In this document: positions 45,001 to 54,510 of the stretch, piece after piece
How positions within the stretch are numbered: position 1 is the stretch's first letter
How the letters are laid out: the number at the start of each line of letters is the position of its first letter
Assembly: GCA_964016885.1 (NCBI GenBank)
Contig: OZ024744.1
Location: 103,354,001 to 103,418,000 of the forward strand
DNA: 64,000 bases
Source: Eledone cirrhosa
Lineage: Eukaryota
Reading direction: 5' to 3'
Made by a program: the position numbers and the translations under genes
Notes under the pieces: generated by a model
What the model saw: the letters and a program-made list of their open reading frames with translations, nothing else
What the model was told of the DNA's origin: nothing
Database searches by the model: none

Positions 45001-46500
45001 AAGAATGTAGTAGGTGTGTATATCACCAACACTAGGTATGTTATCATGTTTATGACATAGAAGAATGTAGTAGGTGTGTATATCACCAACACTAGGTAGG
45101 TTATCATGTTTATGACATAGAAGAATATAGTAGGTGTGTATATCACCAACACTAGGTAGGTTATCATGTTTATGACACAGAAGAATATAGTAGGTGTGTA
45201 TATCACTAACACTAGATAGGTTATCATGTTTATGACATAGAAGAATGTAGTAGGTGTGTATATCACCAACACTAGGTAGGTTATCATGTTTATGACATAG
45301 AAGAATGTAGTAGGTGTGTATATCACCAACACTAGGTAGGTTATCATGTTTATGACACAGAAGAATATAGTAGGTGTGTATATCACCAACACTAGGTAGG
45401 TTATCATGTTTATGACACAGAAGAATGTAGTAGGTGTGTATATCACCAACACTAGGTAGGTTATCATGTTTATGACATAGAAGAATGTAGTAGGTGTGTA
45501 TATCACCAACACTAGGTAGATTATCATGTTTATGACATAGAAGAATGTAGTAGGTGTGTATATCACCAACACTAGGTAGGTTATCATGTTTATGACATAG
45601 AAGAATGTAGTAGGTGTGTATATCACCAACACTAGGTAGGCTATCATGTTTATGACATAGAAGAATGTAGTAGGTGTGTATATCACCAACACTAGGTAGG
45701 TTATCATGTTTATGACATAGAAGAATGTAGTAGGTGTGTATATCACCAACACTAGGTAGGTTATCATGTTTATGACATAGAAGAATGTAGTAGGTGTGTA
45801 TATCACCAACACTAGGTAGGTTATCATGTTTATGACACAGAAGAATGTAGTAGGTGTGTATATCACCAACACTAGGTAGGTTATCATGTTTATGACACAG
45901 TAGAATGTAGTAGGTGTGTATATCACCAACACTGGGTAGGTTATCATGTTTATGACACAGAAGAATGTAGTAGGTGTGTATATCACCAACACTAGGTAGG
46001 TTATCATGTTTATGACATAGAAGAATGTAGTAGGTGTGTATATCACCTACACTAGGTAGGTTATCATGTTTATGACATAGAAGAATGTAGTAGGTGTGTA
46101 TATCACCAACACTAGGTAGGTTATCATGTTTATGACACAGAAGAATGTAGTAGGTGTGTATATCACCAACACTAGGTAGGTTATCATGTTTATGACATAG
46201 AAGAATGTAGTAGGTATGTATATCACCAACACTAGTTAGGTTATCATGTTTATGACACAGAAGAATGTAGTAGGTGTGTATATCACCAACACTAGTTAGC
46301 TTATCATGTTTATGACATAGAAGAATTTAGTAGGTGTGTATATCACCAACACTGGGTAGATTATCATGTTTATGACACAGAAGAATATAGTAGGTGTGTA
46401 TATCACCAACACTAGGTAGGTTATCATGTTTATGACATAGAAGAATGTAGTAGGTGTGTAAATCACCAACACTAGGTAGGTTGTCATGTTTATGACACAG
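1..46500. repeat. 60-bp tandem satellite, left array (775 monomers, continues beyond left edge)
   Basis: Every 60-nt line repeats one consensus (~37% GC, no CpG) with substitutions only. Register is unchanged from 1 to 46500 and the array ends at monomer position 60 (...GACACAG). Confidence 0.99.
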
Positions 46501-46596
46501 GAGTAGTCACAATAGTTTATTTGGTAAGCTTTCTATGTCTACATGTAATTACTATCCTCAACCACATCACAGGGTGTAGTCATCAGATTTATCATT

Positions 46597-46650
46597 TACA
46601 TCACTAACATTAGATTGGTTATCATGTTAATGACACAACTAAAGAATCTA
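46597..46650 (+). repeat. Isolated degenerate satellite monomer
   Basis: 46597-46637 matches consensus positions 19-59 at 35/41 nt, followed by AAGAATCTA. It lies ~95 nt outside the array in unique sequence. Confidence 0.85.
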
Positions 46651-46849
46651 CAAAACTCTTTTGTGACATTGTTTCTACTGCAGTACGTCCTTCTTATAGC
46701 AAACCACCCTTCAGGGTGTATCTGCTGCATCTATTGTTGCATGCTAGTATGGAAAATTGGATGTTAAACAGTGATGAAGATGATGATGTATAAGTAAAGT
46801 GTGTTGGTGTGTTATATAAAAATTAGAAAGGTTCTTTCATACAACTTAC

Positions 46850-46891
46850 CCAATTGAATACCTGCACTCTTATGGGCCAATATAATGACAT
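46850..46891 (-). CDS. Candidate micro-exon 4 (42 nt, phase 1-1), (D)VIILAHKSAGIQL, unknown gene
   Basis: Minus-strand acceptor TCTTTTTATTCCAG and donor TGG|GTAAGT. Length divisible by 3, open in phase 1, paralogous to 51917-51958. Confidence 0.65.
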
Positions 46892-47194
46892 CTGGAATAA
46901 AAAGATCCCGAAGCAAAGAAAATAATATTAGATCTACAATGTATATATATATATTATGTTAGCAGGCATATATGGTGGTTTCTGGATATTGTAATAAAGT
47001 ATCTTAAGTAAATATAGGCTGACTTTAGGGAGAATTGCCTGCTATTTCTAGCGTGCATATTTTCCAGGCATGTCTACAATTGACATCATATAGATGTATG
47101 GTCCTTAAAAGGGAGATTTTGTGTTTGTAATTCACCAAGATAGAAATAGTAACCAACATCCCCTCAAATCCCAGACCACTCTCTTGTATATATG

Positions 47195-47560
47195 TATGTG
47201 TGTATGTATGTTTCTATTTCTCTTAATTCCAAGTACATTTTTGACTGGCCACCTTCCTGGTGGCAAGGTTGTAAAAGAAAGGAAATTGTCATCCCTTGAA
47301 TTGCAAGAATGATGTGGAAATGTTGAAGGTGCCATATATCGCAGCCATTTGTAGTCTATGAATTAGGGAGTTGCGCTCTTTGTCCACAAATCCAAGTTCA
47401 GTTATACTTTGATCCAAGCGAGTTTGTGTATAACCTGTAGTACTACTTAGGATGGGTATGAAGCTGAAGGTGTATCTTGGATACTGAATCTGAAAACTCC
47501 CCATCAATGGCCCGTAGATATGCTCCTTCTCCTATAAAATATCTTGCAACGTTGACATCT
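47195..47560 (-). mobile_element. R4/Dong-clade non-LTR retrotransposon 3' fragment (duplicate of the 53137 copy)
   Basis: Translates to ...QIQYPRYTFSFIPILSSTTGY...LQMAAIYGTFNI, resembling the C-terminus of the R4 restriction-like endonuclease. Near-copy of 53137-53483. Confidence 0.75.
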
Positions 47561-48074
47561 ACAGCCACCTAAGGGTGTGACACCACACAAAACAGAACAA
47601 CAATTCTTCCTACTGATCTTCACAAGTGAAGAATTCTCCATTCTACTCTGGTATGTCCCTTTCTATAGCAAACCACCTTTCAGGATGTACTTGTTGCATT
47701 TATTGTTGCAGTACCACTAAAGTGACAGTCAGATATTGACTCAACTAAAGGATCCTTTCAAGTGAATGAAGTGTGGTTGTGATGGTGGAGAGGTAAAGAG
47801 GATGATAAGTTTGATGTCATGAGAGTAGTGTGATTTGATAGGAAGGAGAAGATGTGACCTCCATTAGGTAAAGAGGATGATAAGTTTGCAGCCATCATGT
47901 ATGTGCCTAGATATTTTTGTTCTACATATATTTCAATGTAGAGCTGTGGGATATACCACAATACATATGAGGTATCTGTCCATCGCTCTACATATGTTCA
48001 GGGGTTTAGATATGAAGTTTCAACTGTATTACATATTTACCAAGATATATATTGGAAAATCCCAATTTCACCAT

Positions 48075-51000
48075 TCTGCTGAAATAGCGGAGATGCTGGA
48101 GAGAAGGCAGGTGGATGCGTTCTGCGTGTAAGAGGTGAGATGGAGAGGTGCCTCTGCGAGACTAGTCGTAGGCAAACGTCTTAGCTATAAGCTATTCTGG
48201 GTAGGTAAGGATGATGGGTTCGGGGGAGTAGACATTTTCCTGGCTGAGAAATGGATCAATAAGACAATAGAGGTAGTTCGAGTTAGTAATCGAATAATTA
48301 AGCTTAGATTAGTTGTAGGCAGGAGACTACTGACAATCATCTCGGCCTATGCTCCCCAAGCAGCCTAGGCAAAGATGAGAAAGACAGCTTTTATGAGCAA
48401 CTTTTGCAAACAACCGCAATGAGAGAGGACGGAGACATCGTTATGCTAGCAAGAGACTTCAATGGTCATGTTAGACAGCTCCAGGATGGTTACACTGGGG
48501 TACATGGTGGGCACGATTACAGTTCAAGAAATGAAGAAGGAGTGAGACTTCTTGAATTTTGTGATGCAGGTACATTGACTATTTGCAACACAAAATTCCA
48601 GAAACCTGCCAATCACCTAATAACCTACAAATCTGGTGAGCACATAAGCCAGATTGACTTCTTACTAGTTAGGCAGCGGGACAGGCTGATAGTGTCTAAT
48701 ATCAAGGCATACCCTGGGGAAGAATGTACCCCACAGCATAGGTTAGTTGTTAGTGATATCTCAGTAAGCAAGAGATGGAATGAGACATATAGGAAGGTGT
48801 GGAGAAGAAAGGTCTGGAAGCTAAAAGACCTTTCACTAAAATACAAATTTAGGAAAGCCCTTCAAGATGTATATGACGAAAAAGAAGACGATTTAGAGAC
48901 GTATGACATAGATAATAACTGGAATTTCATACGTGACAACTTGCTGCAGGCTACTGATGAAACTTGTGGCTCCAACCAGACAGAGAGTGACCTGGTGGTG
49001 GAACAGCACAGTAGATAAGGCTATTAGAGACAAAAGACTAGCATGGAAGGCTTGGAAAAAGGGTGGGAGTAGGGAAGAATATACAGCCACTAAGAGAGAA
49101 GCTAGACGTCAGGTGTACTTAGCATGCAGGGAGGCAGAGAGTAGGAGGTTTGCCAATGTTCTGCGATGGGAAGATCAGAGGCGTGCGGTGTTCCACATTG
49201 CAAGGCAGTGTGTCAATGCAAATAAGGATGTTGTTGGAGATAAATGTGTCCGGGATGATGCCGGTGTACTTAATGTCACGAATGATCAGAAAAAGGAGGC
49301 CTGGAAATGTCATTATGAGAGACTGATGAATGTGGAGAACGAATGGGAGAGAGAGAAATTACCCTTGGTAGATCCGACAGCAGGACCAGCTATTGAGATT
49401 GACGAATATAGGGTCCAAGAGGCGATTAGGGAAATGAAAAATGGTAAGGCTGCCGGACCATCGAGAATAGTTGCTGAGATGCTGAAGGCATCAGGGGACG
49501 TAGGCACTAAACTGGTTGCACGCATCATCAATCAGGCTATATTTGGTGGTGTCATACCCAAAGACTGGTGCAGCAGTATTCTCATAAATTGCTACAAAGG
49601 TAAAGGGGATGCTTTGGAGAGGAGCAATTATAGGGGTATAAAACTGATAGATCAGGTTATGAAAGTGGCAGAAAGGATTTTAGCACAACTAATTAGAGAA
49701 AGTGTCAAACTAGATGAGATGCAGTTTAGTTTTGTGCCTGGGAAGAGTACAACAGATGCCCTCTTCTTGGTGAGACAATTGCAAGAGAGGTTCTTAGAGA
49801 AGAATAAGCCACTATACTTAGCCTTTGTTGACCTAGAGAAGGCCTTTGATAGGGTAACGCGATCTGTCATCTGGTGGTCCCTAAGGAAGCTAGGTGTTGA
49901 GGAATGGCTTGTAAGGACAGTGCAAACTTTGTACAGAGGTACTCTCAGTAAAGTCAGGGTAGGAATGGAGTTTAGTGAGGAATTCCAGATACAAGTAGGA
50001 GTACATCAGGGTTCGGTCCTCAGCCCGCTCTTGTTCATTATAACAGAGGAGTTTAAGACTGGCTGTCCATGGGAACTTCTCTATGCTGACGATCTGGTTC
50101 TTATAGCAGAATCAGTAGAGGAGCTAGAGAATAAATTCTGGCTATGGAAACAGCAGTTGGAAGCAAGAGGACTGAGAGTGAATCTAGCTAAGACAAAAGT
50201 GTTGATGAGTAGAAAAGAGGACAAAACCCTGATTCCGTCAGGGAAATGGCCATGTTCGATATGCAGAAAAGGAACTGGCATAAATTCTATAAAATGCACA
50301 CAATGCAGATCCTGGGTACACAAGATATGTAGCGGGATAGCAGGCAAACTAACAGGTAGGGAGAAATATGTATGCAGTAGATGTACAGGGAAATTAGACA
50401 GTAAAAGTCGCATTGATAGACACATTTTTCAAATGCAGGAGGGTGCTATAGAAGTGGTGGATAGCTTCCGGTACCTAGGAGATCAGATTAGCATGGGAGG
50501 AGGGTGTTCCGAGGCCATAGTATCTAGAATAAGGACGGGTTGGAAGAAGTTTAGGGAGCTGCTTCCTCTGTTGACGAAGAAGGGTTTCTCCCTGCGTACG
50601 AAAGGCCGGTTGTATGATGCCTGTGTGAGGAGCGCGATGCTGCATGGTAGTGAGACATGGGCAGCAACTGCAGAGGATATGCGACTGCTGGAGAGAAATG
50701 AGGCAAGCATGCTCCGTTGGATGTGCAGTGTAAATGTACGTGAACGACCCAGCATAAATGTGTTGAGAGAGAAACTGTGTCTGAGAGGGATAGAATGTAG
50801 TGTACGGGAGAAGAGACTGAGGTGGTATGGACATGTGATGCGCATGGAGGATGACCGATGGGTGAAGAGGTGCCAGGAATTGCCAGTTGAAGGAAGACGT
50901 GGTAGAGGTAGACCACGAAAAACATGGGCGGAGGTGGTGAGAACAGACCTCAGATCATTGAAGCTCACGGTGGAGATGACGAGGGACCGTGACGAGTGGA

Positions 51001-51090
51001 GAGATGCTGTGCTGAATAAGACCCGTCCCACCCTTGCAAGCAGGTAAAGGCGTACGTAAAATGATGATGATGATGGTGATGATAATGATA
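48075..51090 (+). mobile_element. Near-full-length, inactivated RTE-clade LINE (APE endonuclease + RT with PHD-type finger)
   Basis: APE motifs (CV*EVRW, SAYAP, DFNGH, SQIDF, QHRLV) and RT motifs (NYRGIKL, FVDLEKAFD, GVHQGSVLSP, YADD at 50082-50093, FRYLG). Ends in RLRWYGHV...RGRPRKTW and a (GAT)n tail. Lesions: stop at 48129-48131, frameshifts near 48360 and 48970, 15-nt deletion near 50040. Confidence 0.95.
48933..51047 (+). pseudogene. RTE reverse-transcriptase ORF remnant (704-aa open segment)
   Basis: ORF track plus conserved RT motifs. It is frameshifted from the upstream endonuclease and lacks ALQAI relative to the second RTE copy. Confidence 0.9.
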
Positions 51091-51096
51091 TATATA

Positions 51097-51780
51097 TGTA
51101 TAAGTATTTTGTATCTCCACTGCAAAGTGGTCGTGGAGGTGCCACGGCAAAAAAGCACCCAGCACTCACTGTAAATGAGGTTGGTGTTAGGAAGGGCATC
51201 CAACTGTAGAAATCAAGCCAGAATCAGTTCCCGTCCCAGCCTTGCAAGCAGGGAAAAAGCAGACGTAAAATGAAATAAAAAAAAAAAAAAAAAAGGAAAT
51301 ACGGTTTTAGGAAGCCGTAGCTATGCAAACACTGGTGGGCTAACACCCTCTGGTGATGTCCAGCAGAAGCAAGGGGGACAACCGTCTATGCATTTCATAG
51401 CTACGGCTTCCTAAAACTGTATTTCCTTGGAGATACGAAATACTTATACATATTGTATAAAGCTATGCTTGAAGCGAAATCCTATTTCTTTTTATTATAA
51501 GTTGAGCCAACTTATGCAGCTTCATATGCAAATGAGATTAATCACCTCATTTACACAGACGAGAAATGTATATATTCTCAGCTGTCTTCTAGTCTAGCAG
51601 TCGCAAGCGGTGAGTGGGACCGTCCTGGCGAAGACCAGTTATGCCGGAAGTGCATAGACGATTGTCCCCCTTGGTTCTGCTGGACATCACCAGAGGGCGT
51701 TAGCCCCCCCCCCCCCCGGTGTTTGCATAGCTACGGCTTCCTAAAACCGTATTTCCTTGGAGATACGAAATACTTATACA
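51097..51780. mobile_element. Non-autonomous TIR element (MITE-like), termini TGT...ACA, possibly Ginger-type
   Basis: Left TIR (51097-51119 plus 51294-51392) is the reverse complement of 51651-51780. Flanked by TATA on both sides. An extra right-end copy lies at 51396-51450. Confidence 0.75.
51120..51293 (+). mobile_element. Short RTE-related retroelement (SINE or 5'-truncated LINE 3' UTR) with poly(A), inserted in the left TIR
   Basis: Contains GGTTGGTGTTAGGAAGGGCATCC, shared with the 3' UTR of the minus-strand RTE. Its tail CCCGTCCCAGCCTTGCAAGCAGG...ACGTAAAATGA matches the end of the 48075 LINE. It splits the TIR between TCTCCA and AGGAAATACGG. Confidence 0.75.
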
Positions 51781-51916
51781 TATATTATTTGTTGCATTTA
51801 TTGTTGCATGCTAGTATGGAAAAGTGGACGTTAAACAGTGATGAAGATGATGATGTATAAGTAAAGTGTGTTGGTGTGTTATATAAAAATTAGAAAGGTT
51901 CTTTCATACAACTTAC

Positions 51917-51958
51917 CTAATTGAATATCTGAACTATTAGGGTCCAATACAATGTCAT
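51917..51958 (-). CDS. Candidate micro-exon 3 (42 nt, phase 1-1), (D)DIVLDPNSSDIQL
   Basis: Acceptor CCTTTTTATTCCAG and donor TAG|GTAAGT. Phase 1 is open; phases 0 and 2 contain stops. Confidence 0.7.
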   Translation of the reverse strand: MTLYWTLIVQIFN

Positions 51959-52697
51959 CTGGAATAAAAAGGTCCCGAAAAAAAGAAAATAATATTAGAT
52001 CTACAATTTTCAACGTTGACATCTACAGCCACCTAAGGGTGTGACACCACACAAAATAGGACAACAACTCTTCCCACTGATCTTCACAAGTGAAGAATTC
52101 ACCATTCTACTCTGGTATGTCCCTTTCTATAGCAAACCACCTTTCAGGATGTACTTGTTGCATTTATTGTTGCAGTACCACTAAAGTTACAGTCAGATAT
52201 TGACTCAACTAAAGGATCCTTTCAAGTGAATGAAGTGTGGTTGTGATGGTGGAGAGGTAAAGAGGATGATAAGTTTGATGTCATGAGAGTAGTGTGATTT
52301 GATAGGAAGGAGAAGATGTGACCTCCATTACTACGGGGAGATTTACTGCAATGATAGCAACTATTACGATGTGATTGTGGAGGGGGTCATAAATAAGTTT
52401 GAGGTTTTACCATGAAGGTAAGGATCTCTATAAAAGATCTACAGAGGATGGAAGCATATATGTATATATCTACATACATATATATATATCAACATATATA
52501 TATATACATATATATATATATATTAATTCTGAATGAGCAAGACATATTCATCTGTCTCACAACAGGAAAACTTGTCTAACCCATGCTAGCATGGAAATGT
52601 TGACTTTAAACTGTGATGATGATGATGATAATGATATATTAGTAAAGTGTGTTGGTGTGTTATATAACAATTAGAAAAGTTCTTTAATACAACTTAC

Positions 52698-52733
52698 CAC
52701 GTACACTTTCTGGACTAGCAGAGATAGTCTCAG
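52698..52733 (-). CDS. Candidate micro-exon 2 (36 nt, phase 1-1), (A)ETISASPESVR
   Basis: Acceptor CCTTTTTATTCCAG and donor GTG|GTAAGT. Intron flanks are homologous to those of micro-exons 3 and 4. Open in phase 1. Confidence 0.7.
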
Positions 52734-53136
52734 CTGGAATAAAAAGGACCCAAAGAAGAAAATATCAGATCTACATGTATTTATATTTATGTTAGCAGGC
52801 ATATATGGTGGTTTCTGGGTATTGTTATCAAATAAATGTATGTATGTATATATGTAGGAGAAGGCAACTCAGTAAACTGCGATAACTCCGATATAAAACC
52901 TGCGGCTCAGTAGTTACTGATGATGTTGATCTTTTCTCCTTTTCGGGTTATAGCTACTGTGGTTCAGAGAGTGGGATTGGCTCAGTGCACAGTCTTACCT
53001 CACTTTAAAAAATATCTTCATGCACAGGCATTGCACAATAGAATTAATTAATAATTATTAATAATGGTATATCGTGCAATGGCCATACTTGATAACGAGG
53101 GGCAGCCATCATCATATATGTATGTATGAATGTATG

Positions 53137-53927
53137 CTTCTATTTCTCTTAATTCTGTGTACATTTTTGACTGGCCACCTTCCTGGTGGCAAGGTTGTAA
53201 GAGAAAAGAAATTGCCATCCCTTGAATTGCAAGAATGTTTTGCAAATTTTGAAGGTCCCAGCTATTGCAGCCATTTGTAGTATATGAATTAGGGAGCTGC
53301 ACTCTTTGTCCACAAATCCAAGTTCAGTTATACTTTGGTCCAAGCGGGTTATATATATCCTTTAGCTCCAATAATGATGGTTATGAAGCTGAAGGTGTAT
53401 CTTAGATACTGGATCTGCAAACTCCTCATCAATGGTCCGTAGATGTCCTCCTTCTCTTGTATTTTTCTTACAACGTTGACATCAAGTGGGCAGCTGATCT
53501 CTACAACAGAGCACATCTTCAATATGTGGTCCCAAACAACAATATCAGGCCAGTTGTGCTTTAATTTGGTGGCAGTTCTTATTTTCAGGTTACACTAGTA
53601 TTCCATAGTGCCATCTGTCTCAACATATTCCTCCTCATTTGTTTTAAATTTTGGTTCCCTAAGTGCATTCCAGATGGTTCTAGCTATGACATTGTGTCTT
53701 ATAGGGAGGTAGTAACGAGATGACATTCTTTCACAGTCGGCAATAATGAGGCTAACATCTTCATTCTTTGTTTTACATAGCCTACATTTATTGTTGACTG
53801 ATGGCCCTCCTCTTTTGTGTAGCAGATATTTGGTAGGGATTTCTTGTTCCTGTATTGCATAGAGATATCCTTCAAGGTGGGATGTCATAAACTTGTCGGG
53901 ACTCCAAGCCAGGCTTTTTGAATGATC
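53137..53927 (-). mobile_element. 5'-truncated, decayed R4/Dong-clade non-LTR retrotransposon (zinc knuckle + restriction-like endonuclease + 3' UTR)
   Basis: EGYLYAIQEQEIPTK...CRLCKTKNEDVSLIIADC...RHNVIA, then past a stop at 53595 KHNWPDIVVWD...VVEISCP...KEDIYGPL...IIIGAKG...LQMAAIAGTFKICKTFL. This is the usual R4 C-terminal layout. Confidence 0.85.
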
Positions 53928-54037
53928 TATGTATGTATGTGAGTATGTATATATGTATGTGTCTCCATTGAATGCATGTTTGTATGTATGTATATATGTA
54001 GTATGTATGAATGTCTCCATTGGTGTCTCCATTGAAT

Positions 54038-54270
54038 TGGTGTGTCTTGGGGTGTGGAAAGATTTGCTTGAGCGGGTCTGGTCTTGGGGGCCACAGTCGC
54101 AGCTATGTTCGTAGAGCACCAGTGAACTATGATCTCCTTGGTAGTGTGAAGTTTCACAGACAACCTGATGCAAGACCTGAGTCCAGGGAGATCCATAGTT
54201 GTTGTCAATGTGTGAAGGAGTGCAAGTGTCTAGCAGGCTTGAAAAGCCATATCCAAGTGTCAAACATCTG
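54038..54270 (+). mobile_element. Degenerate C2H2-like motifs, probably the 3' end of another LINE
   Basis: CVLGCGKICLSGSGLGGHSR and CCQCVKECKCLAGLKSHIQ resemble the C-terminal CxxC...GLxSH motifs of RTE-type ORFs. No other domain is visible. Confidence 0.45.
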
Positions 54271-54510
54271 AATCTGACAAGTGATTGCAATACTCTTGGC
54301 AGAGTTTGCAGCCATCATGTATGTATGTGCCTAGATATTTTTGTTCTACATATATTTCAATGTAGAGCTGTGGCACATACCACAATACATACGAGGTATC
54401 TGTCCATCGCTCTACATATGTTCAGGAGTTTAGATATGAAGTTTCAACTGTATTACATATTTACCAAGATCTATATTGGAAAATCCCAATTTCACCATAT
54501 ATGTATGTAT

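Larger units (their letters stand above)
46675..48074. repeat. Local segmental-duplication module 1
   Basis: 46742-46940 recurs at 51809-52007 and more divergently at ~52582-52775. ~47195-47560 recurs at ~53137-53483, 47548-47866 at 52011-52330, and 47883-48074 at 54303-54498. Confidence 0.9.

Noticed and set aside
30477-46487. Series of long hydrophobic ORFs (MITYLVLVIYTPTTFFCVIN)n as separate genes
   Set aside because: They follow automatically from a stop-free 60-mer. Their boundaries are a few duplicated point mutations, and the commonest polymorphisms are non-synonymous in this frame.
46621-46660. Minus-strand acceptor-like TTTTGTAGATTCTTTAG leading toward the left array
   Set aside because: All three frames downstream of the proximal AG hit stops before reaching the array.
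47020-47172. Weak inverted pair resembling SINE tails (GCTATTTCTAGC / TAGAAATAG)
   Set aside because: Too short and degenerate to assign without a repeat-library search.
48625-51203. Multiple antisense ORFs over the RTE element
   Set aside because: Shadow frames of the LINE with no independent motifs.
52990-53030. Possible extra donor GAG|GTAAGA
   Set aside because: No convincing acceptor giving a symmetric phase-1 exon; it lies in probable repeat-derived sequence.
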